64,000 nucleotides of DNA from a virus (IMGVR_UViG_3300010365_001171:1-64000); one strand, 5' to 3'. Shown: positions 1 through 10,109, counted from the first letter of the stretch. The notes: a model not told the origin generated them from the letters alone. Program-made: numbers and translations.

Positions 1-290
1 AAGATATGATTCACGAACCTAAAAAGTTGACACAGGCTTTAGATATAGTACTAAGCGATGTTAAAAATGCTGATAAAGAAGACATATTAATAGAATTTCA
101 GATTTACCTAAATGATCAAAAACTAATAAATAATCATGATTGGAATTTTGAAAAAGAGGCTAAAAAATTTATAAAACAAAGATAATAACTTATAAAAAAG
201 AATAAACTGTAAATAAGAAATGAAAGTCAAAATACAAACTTTGATATCATGTCTAAAGTCGGAAGTTATACAAGGTGCGAAGTCGCATCT

Positions 291-424
291 CACATAACGG
301 ATTCCAGCTAACCGAAGGCGGTGAATTAACAGAATAAAGTAACTTAAAAGCAGAAATATATGAATGAGCAATTAACTATCAAAAAAGCACGAAGCCACCG
401 CTTTTGGTTAGGTGGTGTTATGTG
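291..424. repeat. attC-like imperfect palindrome (site A, 134 bp)
   Basis: Left arm CACATAAC(291-298)..TAACC(309-313)GAAGGCGGTG(314-323) pairs with right arm CACCGCTTTT(396-405)GGTTA(406-410)..GTTATGTG(417-424); AT-rich variable centre. Confidence 0.6.
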
Positions 425-572
425 CCGCTTATTTCATCACATCAGGACTATTGAAGAATGTAAATTCATTGACAGAGTTGATGGTAGAGAAGTAGGGCAA
501 TATGAGTGCTGTCGGTGCAATAAAAGATTTATGTCTAATTCAAAACGCAGTTGGTTTCGTGTCTATAATTAA
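360..572 (+). CDS. small Cys-rich hypothetical protein, cassette-like (true start may be ATG 420)
   Basis: ORF track; stop is followed by GGTACATAAC (575-584), the inverse of GTTATGTGCC (417-426). Confidence 0.5.
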   Translation: MNEQLTIKKARSHRFWLGGVMCRLFHHIRTIEECKFIDRVDGREVGQYECCRCNKRFMSNSKRSWFRVYN

Positions 573-795
573 ATGGTACATAACTAGTCGCTTGCTCCAC
601 ATTTAACAACTTAACCAAAAACGCTCAACTTAAAACAAAAATAAAATGATAAAAGAACAAATTTTAGAAGCACTTAAACCATTTATGCTTGATAATCCGA
701 AAGCCAAATGGTAGGGGTTTGTGTTGGAATGGAGCTAAAACAATAGAAGAGATTAATTACAGTTATGGAACTACAATATGGAATAATTTCGGTTT

Positions 796-915
796 GCATA
801 TTGCCGAAGGTGGCGAATACGAAGTACAAACTTTCAAACTAAAACAAATGTATAATCGAAGCAAAATAGTTCATTTCAGCACTAAATCGCCACTTTTGGC
901 AATATGCTGTTATGC
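796..915. repeat. attC-like imperfect palindrome (site B, outer left box decayed)
   Basis: GCATATTGCC(796-805)GAAG GTGGCGA(810-816) pairs with TCGCCAC(887-893)TTTT GGCAATATGC(898-907), followed by GTTATGC (909-915). Confidence 0.55.
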
Positions 916-1211
916 GATGTGCTTTTTTAATTTTCAATAATATGAATAAATCAATAGAAATTAAACACTTTAGTTTGATAGACTACAATGTTCTATTAAA
1001 AGTTGTTGCTGAGTATGTAAAGCAATACCAAATTAGTAGAGACAAGTTTGAATACGAAAAAGATATGTTTGACTTAACCGATACACTATATGCTTTACAA
1101 TGCCATAAACACGCTGTGAACATTGAAATAGCGAACCATTGGAAGTCGTTTTGGGTAAAGGTTAAAGAAACTCAAACTAAGTATAAATTTGAAATATGGT
1201 ACGCTTCTTAG
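912..1211 (+). CDS. hypothetical protein in a cassette-like unit
   Basis: 99-aa ORF whose ATG lies inside GTTATGC; bounded by 14-bp inverted repeats 909-922 and 1211-1224. Confidence 0.7.
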   Translation: MRCAFLIFNNMNKSIEIKHFSLIDYNVLLKVVAEYVKQYQISRDKFEYEKDMFDLTDTLYALQCHKHAVNIEIANHWKSFWVKVKETQTKYKFEIWYAS

Positions 1212-1332
1212 CATATTGCATAACAAGGAGCTACCAACCACAACCCCCACACTAGAAGAACTAAAACAAGCCTATGCCGATGCAAACGGCTTGGATATTA
1301 ACGAAATAATTTACAAATAATAAAATGGTGTT

Positions 1333-1533
1333 ATGAATAATTTTTATACTGAAATATGTAATGCAAAAGAATTACATGAAGAAAAAGCAATCTGTATTAA
1401 GTATGATAAAGATTTCAAGAAAGTTAGAAAATGTATTAATATAGCAATGAAGCAACATATGATGTCTTCATTAACTTCTACAAAAGATTTTCATGAACTT
1501 ATTATTAACCATTTAAATCAAAATAAATTATGA
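1333..1533 (+). CDS. hypothetical protein
   Basis: 66-aa ORF; ATG again embedded in GTTATG (1330-1335). Confidence 0.6.
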   Translation: MNNFYTEICNAKELHEEKAICIKYDKDFKKVRKCINIAMKQHMMSSLTSTKDFHELIINHLNQNKL

Positions 1534-1649
1534 TAAAAGAATTTAAAGGAGAGTACAGTTGGTTAAGTAATTTTGCACCCGTTAATATTTTATTAGCCGG
1601 AAAAATTTATCCATCCGTAGAACACGCATTTATGTCAATGAAGGTATAG
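1530..1649 (+). pseudogene. truncated NADAR (YbiA-like) N-terminal fragment
   Basis: My translation: MIKEFKGEYSWLSNFAPVNILLAGKIYPSVEHAFMSMKV*; matches the NADAR F..Y..LSNF...Y.SVEH opening; remainder absent. Confidence 0.75.
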
Positions 1650-1699
1650 GTTCTAATCCTATAGTTTTTCTAGTATTTACAAAACAATCAAATCAAATT

Positions 1700-2041
1700 A
1701 TGGAACAAATAATTAAAGCAGAAGACTTAATAGGCAAAGAAATTCTTAAAACCAAGTACCATTATTCAGGATTTCTTATAATTTTTACAGACAATACTTT
1801 TTGTATTATTGAGGGTGAAGGGGAAGATAGTGAATACGCAAGTATAAAAAATTACAAAACAGATCTCACACCAAATAGTTATAATTATGATACTTTAGTT
1901 TTTTTAGGTATTTTAACGGAAGAAGATGTAAAAAATATAAAAGAAGAAGAGCAAAAAAAAAGAAAAGAATTTGCAGAGAGTAAAAAATACGCCGCTTATC
2001 TTGCCTTAAAAGAGGAATACGAAAACCCTAAAAAAACTTAA
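1700..2041 (+). CDS. hypothetical protein
   Basis: 113-aa ORF, co-oriented with neighbours. Confidence 0.7.
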   Translation: MEQIIKAEDLIGKEILKTKYHYSGFLIIFTDNTFCIIEGEGEDSEYASIKNYKTDLTPNSYNYDTLVFLGILTEEDVKNIKEEEQKKRKEFAESKKYAAYLALKEEYENPKKT

Positions 2042-2045
2042 ATAA

Positions 2046-2306
2046 ATGAGCACACAGACAATCTTAATATGTATAGCATCAGCATTAATTTTAAACCTTA
2101 TAATTTATTATACTATTAAAAGTAATAAAAACTGGAAAATTTATTACCAATTAGAAAAACGTTCCCGTAGAAATAAAAAAGAAATAGAAGAACTTTTAAA
2201 CGATATTTTTGTATTTATGACAAAAAAAAGTACTGGCATTATTTTAAAAGATAGATTACTTAATTTATATCACAGAGTAATGGATGAATTAATCACCCTT
2301 AAATAA
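2046..2306 (+). CDS. hypothetical protein with N-terminal hydrophobic anchor
   Basis: ILICIASALILNLIIYY segment. Confidence 0.65.
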   Translation: MSTQTILICIASALILNLIIYYTIKSNKNWKIYYQLEKRSRRNKKEIEELLNDIFVFMTKKSTGIILKDRLLNLYHRVMDELITLK

Positions 2307-2316
2307 AATTTATAAG

Positions 2317-2688
2317 ATGAAAAAAACAATTAAAAAACCTTTAAAAAAAGCTATTATAAAGCTAAAAATTTGGGCAAGAAAAGCGCAAAAAGCAAACTAT
2401 ATTGATAGAGGCTTTTCTAGCGTTGAGCAAGAAGACTCTTTTATTAAAAGTGTTGATATGGTAATTAGTAATTGTAAATATGTTAATACAGAACTACAAT
2501 TAAACTATATTAAAAAACAATTTGAAAAAAAAGTAGCCCTTAAAAACTTCAAAAATCCTAGTACGTTTGTAGTAGAGCAAAATTATAGATGTTTAAAAGC
2601 ATTTGAAGAAATTGAGAAAAAACTCTTAATCAAAAAAAGAGAAAAAGTTATTGGAAAAGGTATTACAAAGGGTGTAAATGTTAAGTAG
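2317..2688 (+). CDS. hypothetical basic protein
   Basis: 123-aa ORF. Confidence 0.6.
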   Translation: MKKTIKKPLKKAIIKLKIWARKAQKANYIDRGFSSVEQEDSFIKSVDMVISNCKYVNTELQLNYIKKQFEKKVALKNFKNPSTFVVEQNYRCLKAFEEIEKKLLIKKREKVIGKGITKGVNVK

Positions 2689-2914
2689 CACTAAAGTAGC
2701 TCTACTAATACTATTAGGGGAGCTTTTATACGACTTTGATAACTCCTATGATTATTTTGACAAAATAAAAATAAAAAGTAAAATAGACGCAGTTCATACA
2801 TTATTAGATTTACCTCTTATTAAACAACCTACTTTTTTACAAAAATTAACAAAAAAAAAGATATATAAATTAATAAAGTTAATTAGAGAAAACATTAAAA
2901 CTCTTTGTAAATGA
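2678..2914 (+). CDS. hypothetical protein
   Basis: 78-aa ORF overlapping the previous gene. Confidence 0.55.
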   Translation: MLSSTKVALLILLGELLYDFDNSYDYFDKIKIKSKIDAVHTLLDLPLIKQPTFLQKLTKKKIYKLIKLIRENIKTLCK

Positions 2915-2919
2915 TAAAT

Positions 2920-3670
2920 ACGTACTCGAAATGAGATGGGAAATTTTGTTTACATAAAAATACTAATTTTGGAATTAACCAGATGTTAAATGTCAGGGTA
3001 AAGGCAGCCAAACTCATTACATATCAGTGTTTCTGTTCAATGTGAGAAAGATGAGGTAACGGAGTAATCCTAGTATTTTTTAAAGTGTAAAAACATTGAC
3101 TACACTATAAATAAGAATGTCAGATGTAAGTCTGAATTTGTTGTTCTCTTGAGAAAAGGATACGAGTTATAATATTAGAAACAAGTCAAAGGTAATAGAT
3201 ACTTAAATCCTATAATATTATATACTGGTTTTACACAACAAAAATGAGCAGATAACTGCAAGGATTCTGATTATAAAAAGATTGAAGTGGCTTAATAAAA
3301 CCGAAAGCCTTGAAACTACTTAGCCATAGTAGGGTGTAGGAAGAAATTCCTTTAAAATCATCAAGCAACCGGGCATCTTTTTATAATTTCTCGGCAAGAC
3401 CCTACCTTTACTACCAAACACTTATACAGAAATGTAAGTAGAGTGCAGAAACAATAGAACAGTCTTTAATTAGATGGAAGAACTGGCTAGTAGAAAGGGT
3501 GCTAATAAAAAATTTAAAAACATTAAACCGCTGTAGTAAAGCTTCTATACAATAGATTAAGATAAAGGATAATCTCTATTGTGAAGTATCCTTGCTTGGA
3601 TCTTTTTTTCTTTAAACTATTTATTAGTATAAGGAATAAATTGTCTAAAAGACCCGAAAAACAGCGGTTT
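2920..3670 (+). ncRNA. large structured non-coding RNA candidate (GOLLD/ROOL-like size class, family unverified)
   Basis: ORF-free ~750 nt. Perfect stems 2956-2965/3071-3080, 3137-3144/3235-3242, 3168-3177/3213-3222, 3258-3265/3588-3595, 3329-3335/3399-3405, 3525-3534/3661-3670. GNRA-capped hairpins at 3061-3070, 3120-3135, 3338-3351, 3420-3439. Confidence 0.75.
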
Positions 3671-3684
3671 TTATTAAAACAAAT

Positions 3685-4479
3685 ATGATTATAGAAAAAA
3701 ATTTAGAGGGTAAATCAGGGGTATATTTTATAAAAGCATTTGATCTTTTTTACATTGGATCTTCAAAAAATGTAAGAAAAAGATTAATGAATCATTTTGC
3801 TCAACTAAAACGTCAGGGGCATTATAACAAACACTTACAAAAAGTGTAAGATGAAAATGGAGAGGCCATATTTACATATTCTATAATTATTTTTTGTTCT
3901 ATAGAAGAATTAAAAGAAAAAGAAACCTTTTATATAAATTATTATAACGCTTTTTTAAATGGGTTTAACCAATCAAAAGATTCTAAAAGTCCTCTAGGCT
4001 ATAAGCACACTGAAGAAAATAAAAAAATAATGTCTGATAAAAAAATAGGCATTAAACAAAAAGAAGAGTCAGTACAAAAAAGAGTTTTTAGTTTAAAAGG
4101 TAAGGTAAGAACAGAAGAGCACAAAGAAAATTATAGAAATAGTAAACTAGGAGAAAAAAACCCTATGTTTGGAGTAAAATTGACAAAAGAAGAAAGAATT
4201 AAAAAAGGTAGGGCAATGAATTCTGTAGAAAGGTGGAACACAGGCAAAAATAAAGATAATGATGAAAAACTTTATTTAATGTCTCAAAAATTAAAAGGAA
4301 GACCAGCAGTAAATAAACTTTATCATAAATTAATAAATTTAATTACTGGAGAAGCGTGGGAGGCGGATTCATTATTAAAATTATCAAAATTAACACCAAT
4401 TTCTAGTTCATCTTTAAGTAGGTTAAAAACTGAGACTTGTAGTAATAAAATTAAAAATAATTATAAATTAATATGGTAG
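3685..4479 (+). pseudogene. GIY-YIG homing endonuclease (NUMOD-type tail) with premature TAA
   Basis: ATG 3685 gives SGVYFIK..YIGSSKNVRKRL..H; single in-frame TAA at 3847-3849; frame continues into the tracked ORF 4030-4479. Confidence 0.85.
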
Positions 4480-5132
4480 AATTATTAGAATATTTTGGAA
4501 ATGATTTAATGGCGGCTAACTGTGCTAGAGTAAGTTATGGTAAAAGAAAAGAGGCATTTGATGAAAAAGACGAGAAACTGCTTAATTTTTTAGCCCGAGA
4601 AGATCATATTGCTCCATTTTACCACCCTAAAATACAGTTTAGGCTAAAAATCCCTATATACATTGAACGGCAGCTTACAAAAACTAGTGTAGGAGTTAAT
4701 TTAAATTCTGAATTAGATGTAGATATTAACAGTATTTCAGGGCGCTACGTAGATTTTTCAGATAGTTACGCACCAATTAAAAAATGGAGAAAACAATCTA
4801 AAAGTTCTAAACAAGGGAGTGAAGGATTAGTTGACGACCAGGATTACTGTGCACATATAGAAGCCAAAACTATAGAATTTTGTCAACAATCTTACAGAGA
4901 TTTATTAAGTAAAGGGGCAGCAAAAGAACAAGCAAGAGCTTTATTACCTTTAAATTTAAACACTGAATTTATTTGGACAGGGAGCTTATGGGCGGTTATT
5001 AGACTTTGTCAATTACGCTTAAAGCCAGATGCCCAAGAAGAAACAAGAGAAGTAGTTGAAAAAATGCTTGAAGCTGTAAAAAATATTGAAGGACAACCTT
5101 TCAAATACTCTTTAAAAGCTTTTGGTTTTTAA
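4473..5132 (+). CDS. thyX: flavin-dependent thymidylate synthase
   Basis: ARVSY, H..PF.H, NSISGRY, EQARALLP, RL..AQ.E motifs. Confidence 0.95.
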   Translation: MVELLEYFGNDLMAANCARVSYGKRKEAFDEKDEKLLNFLAREDHIAPFYHPKIQFRLKIPIYIERQLTKTSVGVNLNSELDVDINSISGRYVDFSDSYAPIKKWRKQSKSSKQGSEGLVDDQDYCAHIEAKTIEFCQQSYRDLLSKGAAKEQARALLPLNLNTEFIWTGSLWAVIRLCQLRLKPDAQEETREVVEKMLEAVKNIEGQPFKYSLKAFGF

Positions 5133-5490
5133 ATAATATTATTTTAAACCTAAAAAATTATAAGTAATGAATAAATTTGATAATCTTCCTGTTGAAATAC
5201 AGGAAAAAATGCTTGATAATCAAGTAAGTAGTGGTAGTATTATAAATATTAAAACAAAAGTAAATTCAAAGCTATTTAAATTTAAACTTTGGTACTTAAA
5301 AATGAGAAGACTATGGGGTTATTTATAGTTTCACTTTTCTTTTTATTTATGATATTATTAAGTGAAAATAAACGTAAAAAATATTAAAAGTTATTATTAT
5401 GCAAGATGTAATTGAGGAATTGTTTAAAATAAAAGAGTCTTATGAAGACATAAAAAAACTTCTTGAAGAGCTAAAACTACAAAATACATT

Positions 5491-6021
5491 ATGACTAAGT
5501 ATATAAGTATAGATGTAGAAAGTGATGGTCCCTTATTAGGAACTAATTCTATGGTCTGTTTTGGGGCTGTTTTAGTTGACTTAGAGGGTAAGCTGGAAAC
5601 AGATTTTTATGGGCAAGTTGCCCCTATTACAGGGACATACAATAAAGAAGCATTAAGTATATCAGGATTCACTAGAAAAGAACATGAAAATTTTCCATCC
5701 CCCGCTATTACCATGCAAAAATTTTATGATTGGTTAATAGATGTAAAAGAGGAAGATAAAATTGTATTCATATCAGACAACAATGGCTATGATTTTTCTT
5801 GGATTAATTGGTATTTACTAATGTATTCAAAAGAAAACCCTTTTGGTTGGTCTAGTAGAAGAATAGGAGATATGTTTTGTGGTTATAAACACAATTTAAA
5901 ATATCAGTGGAAAAAACACAGGGATTTAAAAAGATTCCCACATAATCATAACCCACTTTCTGATTGTAAGGCTAATGCTACAGCCTTTTTAAAGTTAAAA
6001 GATTTTGGATTTAAAATTTAA
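5491..6021 (+). CDS. DEDDh 3'-5' exonuclease
   Basis: ISIDVESDG, SDNNGYDF, HNPLSD motifs. Confidence 0.85.
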   Translation: MTKYISIDVESDGPLLGTNSMVCFGAVLVDLEGKLETDFYGQVAPITGTYNKEALSISGFTRKEHENFPSPAITMQKFYDWLIDVKEEDKIVFISDNNGYDFSWINWYLLMYSKENPFGWSSRRIGDMFCGYKHNLKYQWKKHRDLKRFPHNHNPLSDCKANATAFLKLKDFGFKI

Positions 6022-6026
6022 TTAAA

Positions 6027-6221
6027 ATGAGAAATTTAAATAATATATTACTCTTTGTAGTAATAACTCTTCTATTGTCAAGTTGTACTCTAGGAGAATT
6101 GGTAATAATGAATGGAAAAATTATTCTATTTACCATAATTGGTGCTTTCACCCTTAAAATAATTTTAATAGCTTTATATCATTTAAACTTTAAAGGTTGG
6201 AAGTACCCTAAAAAACGATAA
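6027..6221 (+). CDS. small membrane/lipoprotein-like protein
   Basis: Hydrophobic N-terminus with LSSC lipobox-like motif plus a second hydrophobic segment. Confidence 0.5.
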   Translation: MRNLNNILLFVVITLLLSSCTLGELVIMNGKIILFTIIGAFTLKIILIALYHLNFKGWKYPKKR

Positions 6222-6222
6222 G

Positions 6223-8226
6223 ATGAAAGTACTTTTTTATGTAGGGCTCTTTACGGGGGAAAGATTAACCCCCGCTGAAATTTTAGATGTAGCAGGTTTT
6301 TTATATAGATATGAAAAAGTATTTATAGTAAATAGAACGCCTGCTGAAAACATCAAAGAAAAAGATTATTATAAAAATGTAGATACTTCTTATTTACAAA
6401 CATCTAAAAAGTTTAAGCATTTATTTCCTCAGTTAGTTATAAAAACACTTAAAGACAGGGAAACAAATGAAGAATGGACAAGAGCTTTAAAAGATTTAAT
6501 AAATAAGGAGTACTTAAAAGAGCATGAAATTGTGCTACATTTTAGTTCTAATGTAAAGTACAAATTTATAACGAATTAACTGGTATTATTATGAAAAACC
6601 CTGAACAGTATTTTGATTTAATAAAGAAATCTATATTAAATGAGGTACATATTGTTAACATTCGCGGAAACCCTGTAATCTTACCCTCTCCTCAAAGAGT
6701 TGGTACAGACGCACAAAAAGAAGCCTATGCAAATCAAGCATCTAACAATTTAATCTCAAGTCTTCAAAAATTAGAGATTATTTAAATTTAAAATTATGAC
6801 TAAAGAAATTGCAATTAAATTCCAAGATAAAGAGTATCTTTTAAAGATCTCTGCTGAAATTCATATTATTTTTGAGGAGGAGAAACTTTTAATTAAAACA
6901 GATGTTTTTGATGTTTCTCAAGAATTACCTATTAAACGTAATATTCTTAATGTTATAAAAAGAATTAAAAATAAGACCTTTAAAAAAGTTCAAACAATAA
7001 TACATACCGATGTAATTTTTGTTAAAGGACATTTTTACTTTAATGAGGAACTTATAATTAAAGAAGTTTTAGAGACATTAGAAAAAACAATAGCTTTAAC
7101 GCTAATAAATTAAACTAAAAATGATCTTAAAAGGTAGCTTAATATTAAATAATAAGTTGGAAGATTATACCGCATTATTAAATGAAGTTAATTTAAGTTT
7201 TCGGATTTCTATTAACAGCCCATACTTAATGATTCAATTTACCTACGAACTGGATTTTAACAAAGTAAAAAATAAAATAGACAAACAAAATTATATAAGA
7301 ATTTTTAAACAGGAAATTAGAGGTGCAATTAGAGCAAAATATAGCAATACCTAAATTAAATTAAAATGGTAATGAAAATAAAAATGCATTTTTTTAACGA
7401 CCGTTATCGTACAAGGAGTTCAAAAACTACAACAACTTCTGACGTTAATATGTTAAAATCAATTTTAAGGACACTACCTTTTTTAGGGTTATTTAAAGAT
7501 AATTGGAATCTTTTTTACGGCCCGAGAAGCTCACCTTTTTTTAGATATGTACAATTGGATTTAAAAGACATAGAAAATATCACTGTTTTACTGGGAGAGG
7601 GTACAGTAGTACCAACAGAAATTCAAAGAATTGAATTATTTATATTAAAACAAAAAGTAACTTTATTTAAAAAAGCGTAAATGAAAATATTACAAAGCAA
7701 AGATTATCACAGAGAGGTAGTTTTTAATAACCACAACGGAGTTATAGTAACTATCTTAAATGAAAAAACTATTTACTCTTTAGGCAGTATTATTGAATTT
7801 CAAGGAAGACGGTATGAAATACTTGAAATAAGTTATAATGAGGACCATTTTAAGCTTTTTGCGACTTCCCTAGAAGAAGAAGACGAAGAAAATATAGTGA
7901 TACTTGATTTTAGCACTATAAAAGTATTAGAGAATAATTTAATAGACTCAGAAGGTACCAGGTTTAGTCTAGGCAATACTTTATATACTTATATTAACAA
8001 AGAATTAAAAAGTTTTGTATTTTCTATTGAAAATCTAGCAAATTTTAAAGAAGAAAAATACTTTTTAAGCGCAAAAGCAGCTGCGGTTGAAAAATTTATG
8101 CTAGAAGATTGTATAATACCAGAAGATTTTTTATCTTATGCTACTAATGTAGGTACCTTAACAAGCGGGGAGTATCACAAAGTAAAAAGAGTTTTAAAAC
8201 AATTTATAAAACAAATTATAAAATAA
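6223..8226 (+). CDS. run of six hypothetical ORFs (6223-6579, 6591-6785, 6796-7113, 7121-7354, 7366-7680, 7681-8226)
   Basis: Tightly packed co-oriented ORFs with ATG starts; no recognisable motifs. Confidence 0.65.
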
Positions 8227-8232
8227 TAAATT

Positions 8233-8508
8233 ATGTTTTTTTATCACACTAAAAGTGCACAAAAAGGTCCTAGAGTAACAGTAGTAGGCGAATTAGTAGA
8301 TCACGTTTTAAAAATAGCTGTAGCAAGATGCAGCAATAACGATTCATTCTCTAAAGCTAGAGGCAGAGAACTAGCTAAAGAAAGATTAGCTAATAACACA
8401 TTAATAGCTTCTATACCAAATATACCAGAAGATTGTGGAAAGAAGTTTTTACTTATTGCAAAATCAGTTTCCACCAAAGTTCTTGAAACAAAGAAAATTT
8501 CTAAATAA
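8233..8508 (+). CDS. conserved phage hypothetical protein (A.CS..D.F....GR..A..R motif)
   Basis: VARCSNNDSFSKARGRELAKER. Confidence 0.6.
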   Translation: MFFYHTKSAQKGPRVTVVGELVDHVLKIAVARCSNNDSFSKARGRELAKERLANNTLIASIPNIPEDCGKKFLLIAKSVSTKVLETKKISK

Positions 8509-8683
8509 TCTTTAAAACCTATTGTTATGAAAATTTTGTATAAAGAAATAGATAATTTTTTGTATCCAATAGAAGTAACTAAATCTATTTATAAGGTTAA
8601 TAAAATTAAAAAAAGATTAAAAAGAAAAGACCCAAATGTGATTTTAATAACGAAAACTATTAAGTTTATAGAAACTTTTTAAA

Positions 8684-9160
8684 GTGAGAAACAAGGAAAG
8701 AATTAAAAAAGTAGAAGAATATTTTAATAATTTAGATCAATTATTTTTTGAAAATTTAGATAAAAATAATGTATATACAAACTGTCATGATCTACTTTTA
8801 TTAGCAAATAAATATAATACAATTAAAAGTAATGGAGGCTTTTATTGTATGAGAGGAAAACAAAGATCGATTTCTGATTTATATAGATTAGCTGTATCAA
8901 TTGGGTATAAAGCCGGCCTATACAATTTTTATAAAGATTTATTTAGTTTTGTAAATAATACAACAACTTCAGATCAGTGCAGCACTTATATTTGTAAAGA
9001 TATAGATAAAAGAGTTTATTGGCTAACTTCCAATAGTTCTGTAACAGGTGATTTAACAGATGAGTACGGGATTGATTTAAGTGAATTCACAGCATTTAGG
9101 AATGAGGCTGCTTCATTATATAACGTTCATGGAAAAATACAAAATGTAAGGCTAACTTAA
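8684..9160 (+). CDS. hypothetical protein, paralog family A copy 1
   Basis: CMRG..RSISDLYRLA.SIGYK..LY.FYK.L...ICKDIDKRVY shared with the next ORF. Confidence 0.75.
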   Translation: MRNKERIKKVEEYFNNLDQLFFENLDKNNVYTNCHDLLLLANKYNTIKSNGGFYCMRGKQRSISDLYRLAVSIGYKAGLYNFYKDLFSFVNNTTTSDQCSTYICKDIDKRVYWLTSNSSVTGDLTDEYGIDLSEFTAFRNEAASLYNVHGKIQNVRLT

Positions 9161-9161
9161 T

Positions 9162-9629
9162 ATGACAAATAAAGAACTAATAGAGAAAGTAGAAATACAT
9201 ATTAGAAGTTTAGAACCTATTATGTTTTCAGGTTTACAAGAAGGTATTTATTATACAGATGTATATCAATTGTTTAATTTAAATACTAATTATGCCAGTA
9301 TAAGAATCTCTGGTTCACACCAATGCATGAGGGGCTGTAATAGAACTATTACAGACCTATTTAGGTTGGCTTTATCAATTGGATATAAAAAAGACCTTTA
9401 TAGTTTTTATAAAGAGCTTTACGATTATACAAAAAAAAGCAAAGAATTCTTTTATGTTATTTGTAAAGATATAGATAAAAGAGTTTATTCAATAAACTCA
9501 GCTGTGGGGGAATTCTCAGGAGAAAGTTTTGATGAATACCGTGTAGATTTAAGGGAATTTAATTTACCTGAAAAGTCTTTATATAGCTATAATATAGATG
9601 GAATAATTAAAAATCCTATAAAGATTTAA
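9162..9629 (+). CDS. hypothetical protein, paralog family A copy 2
   Basis: Tandem duplicate of 8684-9160. Confidence 0.75.
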   Translation: MTNKELIEKVEIHIRSLEPIMFSGLQEGIYYTDVYQLFNLNTNYASIRISGSHQCMRGCNRTITDLFRLALSIGYKKDLYSFYKELYDYTKKSKEFFYVICKDIDKRVYSINSAVGEFSGESFDEYRVDLREFNLPEKSLYSYNIDGIIKNPIKI

Positions 9630-9662
9630 AATTAGATTTTTAATAATTATTAATTTTTAAAC

Positions 9663-9887
9663 ATGTTCACAATATTAAAAAAAATAACCTATGCGAACTT
9701 AATAAAAAAACAAGAAAAAGACAAAGAAAAGTTAATAGAGTTAAAGAAAAAAAACTTAAAGTGTTACGAAAATTATAACGCTGTGGTACATTTAGCAAGT
9801 AAGAAATCCCTTAAAGCTTTGAAAACGTTAAGGGATTTAGTAAATGTAGAGTATGAAAAACAAATTTCTTTAGAAAAAATTAATTAA
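9663..9887 (+). CDS. hypothetical protein
   Basis: 74-aa ORF. Confidence 0.55.
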   Translation: MFTILKKITYANLIKKQEKDKEKLIELKKKNLKCYENYNAVVHLASKKSLKALKTLRDLVNVEYEKQISLEKIN

Positions 9888-9890
9888 GTA

Positions 9891-10061
9891 TTATTCTTCA
9901 TTAAGTATATCTTTAGAAGTAGCTTCTTTTATTGAAAACGGATCGTTTACATCTGTTCCAATATTAGAATACATCAAATCATCATACTGTTGGTCTGTTA
10001 AACTTAGATACTGTTCTAATGACATACTAATAACTTTTCCCTGTGCTGTGCTTATTAACAT
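9891..10061 (-). CDS. small hypothetical protein (MLISTAQG...), isolated on the minus strand
   Basis: ATG at 10061 lies just downstream of a promoter; the tracked TTG start at 10091 overlaps the promoter and is probably wrong. Confidence 0.65.
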   Translation of the reverse strand: MLISTAQGKVISMSLEQYLSLTDQQYDDLMYSNIGTDVNDPFSIKEATSKDILNEE

Positions 10062-10077
10062 AGTTTTTAATTTAACA

Positions 10078-10109
10078 CAAAGATACAACAATTATCAAGA
10101 ACTTCCAAA
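10078..10109 (-). promoter_or_regulatory. Bacteroidota housekeeping-type promoter TTTG-N20-TATCTTTG
   Basis: Plus-strand CAAAGATA 10078-10085 and CAAA 10106-10109; matches the TAnnTTTG -7 / TTTG -33 consensus. Confidence 0.8.

Noticed and set aside
689-940. 83-aa ORF as a real gene
   Set aside because: It reads through attC-like site B (LHIAEGG and LLAICCYA are the palindrome arms) and appears to be a frameshifted remnant of an ORF starting near 647.
1644-1665. Hairpin TATAGG/CCTATA at the NADAR truncation as an intron P1
   Set aside because: No ribozyme core downstream and no second NADAR exon found in the window.
2920-3670. Group I/II intron, RNase P, tmRNA, tRNA cluster or CRISPR array as the identity of the ORF-free region
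   Set aside because: No interrupted gene, no GACTA/ATAGTC P7 pair, no group II domain V, no cloverleaf and no direct repeat-spacer periodicity.
3685-5132. Intron-split thymidylate synthase (T4 td-like)
   Set aside because: ThyX has a complete N-terminus at 4473; the GIY-YIG is free-standing upstream.
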